From the NCBI RefSeq assembly GCF_009914755.1, contig NC_060946.1: a stretch of 64,000 nucleotides of DNA; one strand, written 5' to 3'. The stretch comes from the human T2T-CHM13v2.0 reference genome, Homo sapiens. The number at the start of each line of letters is the position of its first letter. Position 1 is the first letter of the stretch. The translations under genes and the position numbers were made by a program. Below are positions 49,993 through 62,714 of this stretch, one piece after another. Below the pieces are notes generated by a model that was not told the origin of the DNA, did no database searches, and worked only from the letters and a program-made list of their open reading frames with translations.

Positions 49993-52900
49993 GTTAACCG
50001 AGGTGATTTAACCCTTGTCTAGGCTGTGCCCACAGGGGGATTGAGACATATCTCTGCAGTGATCCCGAGGTGATACAACTCTTGCCTGGTCTCTGCCTAC
50101 TGTGGACATTGGGACATATCTCTGCACTGATCTCCCAGGTGCTGTAACTTTAGTCTAGGCTCTGGCTACACGGCATTGTGACATATCACTGCACTGATCA
50201 CCCAGGCGATATAACTCTGCTCTAGGATCTGACCACAGGGTGCTTTGTGACATATCCCTGCAATGATCACCCAGGTGATATACCACTTGCCAAGGCTCTG
50301 CCTACAGGGGCATTGCAATGTATCTCTGCACTGATCACCTAGGTCTTGTAGCTATTTTCTAGGATCTGCCTACAGGGTGCTTTGTGACGTGTCCCAGCAA
50401 GGATTACCCAGGTGATGTACCTCTCATCAAGGCTCTGCCTACAGGCACATTGTGATGTATCTCTGCACTGATCACCTAGGTCATGTAAATTTTTTCTAGG
50501 CTCTACCTACGATGGCATTGTGACATATCTCTGCACTAATCATCCAAGTGATGTAACTCTTGTATAGGATGTGTCTAAATTAACTTTTTGACATAACCCT
50601 GTACTGATCATCCAGGTGATGGAGCTTTTGTCTAGGCTCTGCCTAAGGGGGCATTGTGACATATTTCTGCATTGATCACCCAGGTGGCGAACTCTTCTCT
50701 CGGATCTGACTATGGGGGCATTGTGAGAAATCTCTGCACTGATCACCCAGGTGATGTAACTGTTGTGTAACCTCTGCCTACAGGGGAATTGTGAGGGATC
50801 TCGTCAATGATTACCCAAGTGATGTATCCGTTCTCTAGGCTTTGCATACAGGGGGCTTTGTGACATAACTTTGCACTGATCACCCAGGTGATGTAACACA
50901 TCTAAGTTCGGCCTAAAGGAGCTTTGTGACATATCTCTGCACTGATCACTTAGGTGATGTAACACTTTTATAATCACTGCCTACAGGGAATTTTGACAAA
51001 TCTCTGCACTGATCACCTAGGTGATGTAACTCTTGTCTACCCTCTGTCCAACGGGGCATTGTGAAATATCTCTGCACTGATCACCCAGGTGATTCAACTC
51101 TTGACTAGGAACTGCCTACAGAGGTTATTGTGAAATATCTCTGCACTGATAAACTAGGTGGTGTAACCCTTGTCCAAGCTCTGCCTACAGGGGCGTTTTC
51201 ACATATCCATGAACTGATGACAAAGGTGATGTAACTCTTGCCTAGGCTTTGCCTACAGGGAACATTGGACATATATCTGCACTGATCACCCAGGTGATGC
51301 AACTGTTGCCTAGGCTTTGCCTACAAGGGACATTGTGACATATCTCTGCACTGATCTCCCAGTTGCTGTAACTTTAGTCTAGGCTCTGGCTACACGGCAT
51401 TGTGACATATCACTGCACTGATCAACCAGGTGATATAACTCTTGTATAGGCTCTGCCTACAGGGGGATTGTGACCTACCTCTGCACTGATCACCCAGGTG
51501 ATATAACTCTTCTCTAGGATCTGCCTACAGGGTACTTTGTGACATATCCCTGCACTGATCACCCAGGTGATCTATCTCTGGTCTAAGCTCTGGCTAAAGG
51601 GGCATTGTGACAGATCTCTGCACTGATCACTCAGGTGATGTAAGTATTGTCTAGGCTCTGCTTCAAGGGGCCTTGTCACATATCTCTGCACTGATCACCC
51701 AGGTGATGTAACTCTTGTCTAGGCTCTGCTTCCAGGGCATATTGTGACATATCTATGCACTGATCACCTTAGTGATGTAACACTTTGGTAGGCTCGGCCT
51801 ACAGGGGAATCTTGACATATCTCTGCACTGTTAACCGAGGTGATTTAACTCTTGTCTAGGCTGTGCCCACAGGGGGATTGAGACATATCTCTGCACTGAT
51901 CCCGAGGTGATACAACTCTTGCCTGGTCTCTGCCTACTGTGGACATTGGGACATATCTCTGCACTGATCTCCCAGGTGCTGTAACTTTAGTCTAGGCTCT
52001 GGCTACACGGCATTGTGACATATCACTGCACTGATCACCCAGGCGATATAACTCTTCTCTAGGATCTGACCACAGGGTGCTTTGTGACATATCCCTGCAA
52101 TGATCACCCAGGTTATACACCACTTGCCAAGGCTCTGCCTACAGGGGCATTGCAATGTATCTCTGCACTGATCACCTAGGTCTTGTAGCTATTTTCTAGG
52201 ATCTGCCTACAGGGTGCTTTGTGACGTGTCCCAGCAAGGATTACCCAGGTGATGTACCTCTCATCAAGGCTCTGCCTACAGGCACATTGTGATGTATCTC
52301 TGCACTGATCACCTCGGTCATGTAACTTTTTTCTAGGCTCTACCTACGATGGCATTGTGACATATCTCTGCACTAATCATCCAAGTGATGTAACTCTTGT
52401 CTAGGATGTGTCTAAATTAACTTTTTGACATAACCCTGTACTGATCATCCAGGTGATGGAGCTTTTGTCTAGGCTCTGCCTAAGGGGGCATTGTGACATA
52501 TTTCTGCATTGATCACCCAGGTGGCGAACTCTTCTCTCGGATCTGCCTATGGGGGCATTGTGAGAAATCTCTGCACTGATCACCCAGGTGATGTAACTGT
52601 TGTGTAACCTCTGCCTACAGGGGAATTGTGAGAGTTCTCGTCAATGATTACCCAAGTGATGTATCCGTTGTCTAGGCTTTGCATACAGGGGGCTTTGTGA
52701 CATACCTTTGCACTGATCACCCAGGTGATGTAACACATCTAAGTTCGGCCTAAAGGAGCTTTGTGACATATCTCTGCACTGATCACTTAGGTGATGTAAC
52801 ACTTTTATCATCACTGCCTACAGGGAATTTTGACAAATCTCTGCACTGATCACCTAGGTGATGTAACTCTTGTCTACCCTCTGTCCAACGGGGCATTGTG

Positions 52901-55900
52901 AAATATCTCTGCACTGATCACCCAGGTGATTCAACTCTTGACTAGGAACTGCCTACAGAGGTTATTGTGAAATATCTCTGCACTGATAAACTAGGTGGTG
53001 TAACCCTTGTCCAAGCTCTGCCTACAGGGGCGTTTCCACATATCCCTGAACTGATGACAAAGGTGATGTAACTCTTGCCTAGGCTTTGCCTACAGGGAAC
53101 ATTGGACATATATCTGCACTGAACACCCAGGTGATGCAACTGTTGCCTAGGCTTTGCCTACAGGGGACATTGTGACATATCTATGCACTGATCTCCCAGT
53201 TGCTGTAACTTTAGTCTAGGCTCTGGCTACACGGCATTGTGACATATCACTGCACTGATCAACCAGGTGATATAACCCTTGTATAGGCTCTGCCTACAGG
53301 GGGATTGTGACCTACCTCTGCACTGATAACGCAGGTGATATAACTATTCTCTAGGATCCTCCTACAGGGTACTTTGTGACATATCCCTGCACTGATCACC
53401 CAGGTGATCTATCTCTGGTCTAAGCTCTGCCTAAAGGGGCATTGTGACAGATCTCTGCACTGATCACTCAGGTGATGTAAGTATTTTCTAGGCTCTGCTT
53501 CAAGGGGCCTTGTCACATATCTCTGCACTGATCACCCAGGTGATGTAACTTTTGTCTAGGCTCTGCTTCCAGGGCATATTGTGACATATCTATGCACTGA
53601 TCACCTTAGTGATGTAACACTTTGGTAGGCTCGGCCTACAGGGGAATCTTGACATATCTCTGCACTGTTAACCGAGGTGATTTAACTCTTGTCTAGGCTG
53701 TGCCCACAGGGGGATTGAGACATATCTCTGCACTGATCCCGAGGTGATACAACTCTTGCCTGGTCTCTGCCTACTGTGGACATTGTGACATATCTCTGCA
53801 CTGATCTCCCAGGTGCTGTAACTTTAGTCTAGGCTCTGGCTACACGGCATTGTGACATATCACTGCACTGATCACCCAGGCGATATAACTCTTCTCTAGG
53901 ATCTGACCACAGGGTGCTTTGTGACATATCCCTGCAATGATCACCCAGGTGATATACAACTTGCCAAGGCTCTGCCTACAGGGGCATTGCAATGTATCTC
54001 TGCACTGATCACCTAGGTCTTGTAGCTATTTTCTAGGATCTGCCTACAGGGTGCTTTGTGAGGTGTCCCAGCAAGGATTACCCAGGTGATGTACCTCTCA
54101 TCAAGGCTCTGCCTACAGGCACATTGTGATGTATCTCTGCACTGATCACCTAGGTCATGTAACTTTTTTCTAGGCTCTACCTACGATGGCATTGTGACAT
54201 ATCTCTGCACTAATCATCCAAGTGATGTAACACTTGTCTAGGATGTGCCTAAATTAACTTTTTGACATAACCCTGTACTGATCATCCAGGTGATGGAGCT
54301 TTTGTCTAGGCTCTGCCTAAGGGGGCATTGTGACATATTTCTGCATTGATCACCCAGGTGGCGAACTCTTCTCTCGGATCTGCCTATGGGGGCATTGTGA
54401 GAAATCTCTGCACTGATCACCCAGGTGATGTAACTGTTGTGTAACCTCTGCCTACAGGGGAATTGTGAGGGATCTCGTCAATGATTACCCAAGTGATGTA
54501 TCCGTTCTCTAGGCTTTGCATACAGGGGGCTTTGTGACATAACTTTGCACTGATCACCCAGGTGATGTAACACATCTAAGTTCGGCCTAAAGGAGCTTTG
54601 TGACATATCTCTGCACTGATCACTTAGGTGATGTAACACTTTTATAATCACTGCCTACAGGGAATTTTGACAAATCTCTGCACTGATCACCTAGGTGATG
54701 TAACTCTTGTCTACCCTCTGTCCAACGGGGCATTGTGAAATATCTCTGCACTGATCACCCAGGTGATTCAACTCTTGACTAGGAACTGCCTACAGAGGTT
54801 ATTGTGAAATATCTCTGCACTGATAAACTAGGTGGTGTAACCCTTGTCCAAGCTCTGCCTACAGGGGCGTTTTCACATATCCATGAACTGATGACAAAGG
54901 TGATGTAACTCTTGCCTAGGCTTTGCCTACAGGGAACATTGGACATATATCTGCACTGATCACCCAGGTGATGCAACTGTTGCCTAGGCTTTGCCTACAA
55001 GGGACATTGTGACATATCTCTGCACTGATCTCCCAGTTGCTGTAACTTTAGTCTAGGCTCTGGCTACACGGCATTGTGACATATCACTGCACTGATCAAC
55101 CAGGTGATATAACTCTTGTATAGGCTCTGCCTACAGGGGGATTGTGACCTACCTCTGCACTGATCACCCAGGTGATATAACTCTTCTCTAGGATCTGCCT
55201 ACAGGGTACTTTGTGACATATCCCTGCACTGATCACCCAGGTGATCTATCTCTGGTCTAAGCTCTGGCTAAAGGGGCATTGTGACAGATCTCTGCACTGA
55301 TCACTCAGGTGATGTAAGTATTGTCTAGGCTCTGCTTCAAGGGGCCTTGTCACATATCTCTGCACTGATCACCCAGGTGATGTAACTCTTGTCTAGGCTC
55401 TGCTTCCAGGGCATATTGTGACATATCTATGCACTGATCACCTTAGTGATGTAACACTTTGGTAGGCTCGGCCTACAGGGGAATGTTGACATATCTCTGC
55501 ACTGTTAACCGAGGTGATTTAACTCTTGTCTAGGCTGTGCCCACAGGGGGATTGAGACATATCTCTGCACTGATCCCGAGGTGATACAACTCTTGCCTGG
55601 TCTCTGCCTACTGTGGACATTGGGACATATCTCTGCACTGATCTCCCAGGTGCTGTAACTTTAGTCTAGGCTCTGGCTACACGGCATTGTGACATATCAC
55701 TGCACTGATCACCCAGGCGATATAACTCTGCTCTAGGATCTGACCACAGGGTGCTTTGTGACATATCCCTGCAATGATCACCCAGGTTATACACCACTTG
55801 CCAAGGCTCTGCCTACAGGGGCATTGCAATGTATCTCTGCACTGATCACCTAGGTCTTGTAGCTATTTTCTAGGATCTGCCTACAGGGTGCTTTGTGACG

Positions 55901-58900
55901 TGTCCCAGCAAGGATTACCCAGGTGATGTACCTCTCATCAAGGCTCTGCCTACAGGCACATTGTGATGTATCTCTGCACTGATCACCTCGGTCATGTAAC
56001 TTTTTTCTAGGCTCTACCTACGATGGCATTGTGACATATCTCTGCACTAATCATCCAAGTGATGTAACTCTTGTCTAGGATGTGTCTAAATTAACTTTTT
56101 GACATAACCCTGTACTGATCATCCAGGTGATGGAGCTTTTGTCTAGGCTCTGCCTAAGGGGGCATTGTGACATATTTCTGCATTGATCACCCAGGTGGCG
56201 AACTCTTCTCTCGGATCTGCCTATGGGGGCATTGTGAGAAATCTCTGCACTGATCACCCAGGTGATGTAACTGTTGTGTAACCTCTGCCTACAGGGGAAT
56301 TGTGAGAGTTCTCGTCAATGATTACCCAAGTGATGTATCCGTTGTCTAGGCTTTGCATACAGGGGGCTTTGTGACATACCTTTGCACTGATCACCCAGGT
56401 GATGTAACACATCTAAGTTCGGCCTAAAGGAGCTTTGTGACATATCTCTGCACTGATCACTTAGGTGATGTAACACTTTTATCATCACTGCCTACAGGGA
56501 ATTTTGACAAATCTCTGCACTGATCACCTAGGTGATGTAACTCTTGTCTACCCTCTGTCCAACGGGGCATTGTGAAATATCTCTGCACTGATCACCCAGG
56601 TGATTCAACTCTTGACTAGGAACTGCCTACAGAGGTTATTGTGAAATATCTCTGCACTGATAAACTAGGTGGTGTAACCCTTGTCCAAGCTCTGCCTACA
56701 GGGGCGTTTCCACATATCCATGAACTGATGACAAAGGTGATGTAACTCTTGCCTAGGCTTTGCCTACAGGGAACATTGGACATATATCTGCACTGATCAC
56801 CCAGGTGATGCACCTGTTGCCTAGGCTTTGCCTACAAGGGACATTGTGACATATCTCTGCACTGATCTCCCAGTTGCTGTAACTTTAGTCTAGGCTCTGG
56901 CTACACGGCATTGTGACATATCACTGCACTGATCAACCAGGTGATATAACCCTTGTATAGGCTCTGCCTACAGGGGGATTGTGACCTACCTCTGCACTGA
57001 TAACGCAGGTGATATAACTATTCTCTAGGATCCTCCTACAGGGTACTTTGTGACATATCCCTGCACTGATCACCCAGGTGATCTATCTCTGGTCTAAGCT
57101 CTGCCTAAGGGGCATTGTGACAGATCTCTGCACTGATCACTCAGGTGATGTAAGTATTTTCTAGGCTCTGCTTCAAGGGGCCTTGTCACATATCTCTGCA
57201 CTGATCACCCAGGTGATGTAACTTTTGTCTAGGCTCTGCTTCCAGGGCATATTGTGACATATCTATGCACTGATCACCTTAGTGATGTAACACTTTGGTA
57301 GGCTCGGCCTACAGGGGAATCTTGACATATCTCTGCACTGTTAACCGAGGTGATTTAACTCTTGTCTAGGCTGTGCCCACAGGGGGATTGAGACATATCT
57401 CTGCACTGATCCCGAGGTGATACAACTCTTGCCTGGTCTCTGCCTACTGTGGACATTGTGACATATCTCTGCACTGATCTCCCAGGTGCTGTAACTTTAG
57501 TCTAGGCTCTGGCTACACGGCATTGTGACATATCACTGCACTGATCACCCAGGCGATATAACTCTTCTCTAGGATCTGACCACAGGGTGCTTTGTGACAT
57601 ATCCCTGCAATGATCACCCAGGTGATATACAACTTGCCAAGGCTCTGCCTACAGGGGCATTGCAATGTATCTCTGCACTGATCACCTAGGTCTTGTAGCT
57701 ATTTTCTAGGATCTGCCTACAGGGTGCTTTGTGAGGTGTCCCAGCAAGGATTACCCAGGTGATGTATCTCTCATCAAGGCTCTGCCTACAGGCACATTGT
57801 GATGTATCTCTGCACTGATCACCTAGGTCATGTAACTTTTTTCTAGGCTCTACCTACGATGGCATTGTGACATATCTCTGCACTAATCATCCAAGTGATG
57901 TAACACTTGTCTAGGATGTGCCTAAATTAACTTTTTGACATAACCCTGTACTGATCATCCAGGTGATGGAGCTTTTGTCTAGGCTCTGCCTAAGGGGGCA
58001 TTGTGACATATTTCTGCATTGATCACCCAGGTGGCGAACTCTTCTCTCGGATCTGCCTATGGGGGCATTGTGAGAAATCTCTGCACTGATCACCCAGGTG
58101 ATGTAACTGTTGTGTAACCTCTGCCTACAGGGGAATTGTGAGAGATCTCGTCACTGATTACCCAAGTGATGTAACCGTTGTCTAGGCTTTGCATACAGGG
58201 GGCTTTGTGACATACCTTTGCACTGATCACCCAGGTGATGTAACACATCTAAGTTCGGCCTAAAGGAGCTTTGTGACATATCTCTGCACTGATCACTTAG
58301 GTGATGTAACACTTTTATAATGACTGCCTACAGGGAATTTTGACAAATCTCTGCACTGATCACCTAGGTGATGTAACTCTTGTCTACCCTCTGTCCAACG
58401 GGGCATTGTGAAATATCTCTGCACTGATCACCCAGGTGATTCAACTCTTGACTAGGAACTGCCTACAGAGGTTATTGTGAAATATCTCTGCACTGATAAA
58501 CTAGGTGGTGTAACTCTTGTCCAAGCTCTGCCTACAGGGGCGTTTCCACATATCCCTGAACTGATGACAAAGGTGATGTAACTCTTGCCTAGGCTTTGCC
58601 TACAGGGAACATTGGACATATATTTGCACTGATCACCCAGGTGATGCAACTCCTGCCTAGGCTTTGCCTACAGGGGTCATTGTGACATATCTCTTCAATG
58701 ATCACTCATGTGATGCATCTCTTGCCTAGGCTTTGCCTGCAGGGGACATTGTGACATATCTCTGCACTGATCTCCCAGGTGCTGTAACTTTAGTCTAGGC
58801 TCTGGCTACACGGCATTGTGACATATCACTGAACTGATCAACCAGGTGATATAACTCTTGTATAGGCTCTGCCTACAGGGGGATTGTGACCTACCTCTGC

Positions 58901-61900
58901 ACTGATCACCCAGGTGATATAACTCTTCTCTAGGATCTGCCTACAGGGTACTTTGTGACATATCCCTGCACTGATCACCCAGGTGATCTATCTCTGGTCT
59001 AAGCTCTGCCTAAAGGGGCATTGTGACAGATCTCTGCACTGATCACTCAGGTGATGTAAGTATTGTCTAGGCTCTGCTTCAAGGGGCCTTGTCACATATC
59101 TCTGCACTGATCACCCAGGTGATGTAACTCTTGTCTAGGCTCTGCTTCCAGGGCATATTGTGACATATCTATGCACTGATCACCTTAGTGATGTAACACT
59201 TTGGTAGGCTCGGCCTACAGGGGAATCTTGACATATCTCTGCACTGTTAACCGAGGTGATTTAACCCTTGTCTAGGCTGTGCCCACAGGGGGATTGAGAC
59301 ATATCTCTGCAGTGATCCCGAGGTGATACAACTCTTGCCTGGTCTCTGCCTACTGTGGACATTGGGACATATCTCTGCACTGATCTCCCAGGTGCTGTAA
59401 CTTTAGTCTAGGCTCTGGCTACACGGCATTGTGACATATCACTGCACTGATCACCCAGGCGATATAACTCTGCTCTAGGATCTGACCACAGGGTGCTTTG
59501 TGACATATCCCTGCAATGATCACCCAGGTTATATACCACTTGCCAAGGCTCTGCCTACAGGGGCATTGCAATGTATCTCTGCACTGATCACCTAGGTCTT
59601 GTAGCTATTTTCTAGGATCTGCCTACAGGGTGCTTTGTGACGTGTCCCAGCAACGATTACCCAGGTGATGTACCTCTCATCAAGGCTCTGCCTACAGGCA
59701 CATTGTGATGTATCTCTGCACTGATCACCTAGGTCATGTAACTTTTTTCTAGGCTCTACCTACGATGGCATTGTGACATATCTCTGCACTAATCATCCAA
59801 GTGATGTAACTCTTGTATAGGATGTGTCTAAATTAACTTTTTGACATAACCCTGTACTGATCATCCAGGTGATGGAGCTTTTGTCTAGGCTCTGCCTAAG
59901 GGGGCATTGTGACATATTTCTGCATTGATCACCCAGGTGGCGAACTCTTCTCTCGGATCTGACTATGGGGGCATTGTGAGAAATCTCTGCACTGATCACC
60001 CAGGTGATGTAACTGTTGTGTAACCTCTGCCTACAGGGGAATTGTGAGGGATCTCGTCAATGATTACCCAAGTGATGTATCCGTTCTCTAGGCTTTGCAT
60101 ACAGGGGGCTTTGTGACATAACTTTGCACTGATCACCCAGGTGATGTAACACATCTAAGTTCCGCCTAAAGGAGCTTTGTGACATATCTCTGCACTGATC
60201 ACTTAGGTGATGTAACACTTTTATAATCACTGCCTACAGGGAATTTTGACAAATCTCTGCACTGATCACCTAGGTGATGTAACTCTTGTCTACCCTCTGT
60301 CCAACGGGGCATTGTGAAATATCTCTGCACTGATCACCCAGGTGATTCAACTCTTGACTAGGAACTGCCTGCAGAGGTTATTGTGAAATATCTCTGCACT
60401 GATAAACTAGGTGGTGTAACCCTTGTCCAAGCTCTGCCTACAGGGGCGTTTTCACATATCCATGAACTGATGACAAAGGTGATGTAACTCTTGCCTAGGC
60501 TTTGCCTACAGGGAACATTGGACATATATCTGCACTGATCACCCAGGTGATGCAACTGTTGCCTAGGCTTTGCCTACAAGGGACATTGTGACATATCTCT
60601 GCACTGATCTCCCAGTTGCTGTAACTTTAGTCTAGGCTCTGGCTACACGGCATTGTGACATATCACTGCACTGATCAACCAGGTGATATAACTCTTGTAT
60701 AGGCTCTGCCTACAGGGGGATTGTGACCTACCTCTGCACTGATCACCCAGGTGATATAACTCTTCTCTAGGATCTGCCTACAGGGTACTTTGTGACATAT
60801 CCCTGCACTGATCACCCAGGTGATCTATCTCTGGTCTAAGCTCTGGCTAAAGGGGCATTGTGACAGATCTCTGCACTGATCACTCAGGTGATGTAAGTAT
60901 TGTCTAGGCTCTGCTTCAAGGGGCCTTGTCACATATCTCTGCACTGATCACCCAGGTGATGTAACTCTTGTCTAGGCTCTGCTTCCAGGGCATATTGTGA
61001 CATATCTATGCACTGATCACCTTAGTGATGTAACACTTTGGTAGGCTCGGCCTACAGGGGAATGTTGACATATCTCTGCACTGTTAACCGAGGTGATTTA
61101 ACTCTTGTCTAGGCTGTGCCCACAGGGGGATTGAGACATATCTCTGCACTGATCCCGAGGTGATACAACTCTTGCCTGGTCTCTGCCTACTGTGGACATT
61201 GGGACATATCTCTGCACTGATCTCCTAGGTGCTGTAACTTTAGTCTAGGCTCTGGCTACACGGCATTGTGACATATCACTGCACTGATCACCCAGGCGAT
61301 ATAACTCTGCTCTAGGATCTGACCACAGGGTGCTTTGTGACATATCCCTGCAATGATCACCCAGGTTATATACCACTTGCCAAGGCTCTGCCTACAGGGG
61401 CATTGCAATGTATCTCTGCACTGATCACCTAGGTCTTGTAGCTATTTTCTAGGATCTGCCTACAGGGTGCTTTGTGACGTGTCCCAGCAAGGATTACCCA
61501 GGTGATGTACCTCTCATCAAGGCTCTGCCTACAGGCACATTGTGATGTATCTCTGCACTGATCACCTCGGTCATGTAACTTTTTTCTAGGCTCTACCTAC
61601 GATGGCATTGTGACATATCTCTGCACTAATCATCCAAGTGATGTAACTCTTGTCTAGGATGTGTCTAAATTAACTTTTTGACATAACCCTGTACTGATCA
61701 TCCAGGTGATGGAGCTTTTGTCTAGGCTCTGCCTAAGGGGGCATTGTGACATATTTCTGCATTGATCACCCAGGTGGCGAACTCTTCTCTCGGATCTGCC
61801 TATGGGGGCATTGTGAGAAATCTCTGCACTGATCACCCAGGTGATGTAACTGTTGTGTAACCTCTGCCTACAGGGGAATTGTGAGAGTTCTCGTCAATGA

Positions 61901-62714
61901 TTACCCAAGTGATGTATCCGTTGTCTAGGCTTTGCATACAGGGGGCTTTGTGACATACCTTTGCACTGATCACCCAGGTGATGTAACACATCTAAGTTCG
62001 GCCTAAAGGAGCTTTGTGACATATCTCTGCACTGATCACTTAGGTGATGTAACACTTTTATCATCACTGCCTACAGGGAATTTTGACAAATCTCTGCACT
62101 GATCACCTAGGTGATGTAACTCTTGTCTACCCTCTGTCCAACGGGGCATTGTGAAATATCTCTGCACTGATCACCCAGGTGATTCAACTCTTGACTAGGA
62201 ACTGCCTACAGAGGTTATTGTGAAATATCTCTGCACTGATAAACTAGGTGGTGTAACCCTTGTCCAAGCTCTGCCTACAGGGGCGTTTCCACATATCCCT
62301 GAACTGATGACAAAGGTGATGTAACTCTTGCCTAGGCTTTGCCTACAGGGAACATTGGACATATATCTGCACTGATCACCCAGGTGATGCAACTGTTGCC
62401 TAGGCTTTGCCTACAGGGGACATTGTGACATATCTATGCACTGATCTCCCAGTTGCTGTAACTTTAGTCTAGGCTCTGGCTACACGGCATTGTGACATAT
62501 CACTGCACTGATCAACCAGGTGATATAACCCTTGTATAGGCTCTGCCTACAGGGGGATTGTGACCTACCTCTGCACTGATAACGCAGGTGATATAACTAT
62601 TCTCTAGGATCCTCCTACAGGGTACTTTGTGACATATCCCTGCACTGATCACCCAGGTGATCTATCTCTGGTCTAAGCTCTGCCTAAAGGGGCATTGTGA
62701 CAGATCTCTGCACT
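49993..62714 (+). repeat. HOR domain 3: second 27-mer (1836-1837 bp, W/X fused monomer) with one embedded 28-mer
   Basis: GTTAAC at 49993, 51830, 53667, 55504, 57340, 59246 and 61083. The motif CTTCAATGATCACTCATGTGATGCAT (W end/X start) is absent except at about 58693. Z is intact. Confidence 0.92.
57340..59245 (+). repeat. Isolated 28-mer unit (1906 bp) inside the 27-mer domain
   Basis: Contains the X monomer at about 58700, and the marker spacing is 1906. Confidence 0.9.

Noticed and set aside
1-62714. Symmetric 27-28-27 layered expansion from a centre
   Set aside because: The flanking 27-mers lack different monomers and belong to different SNV subfamilies, so they are not a split ancestral layer.
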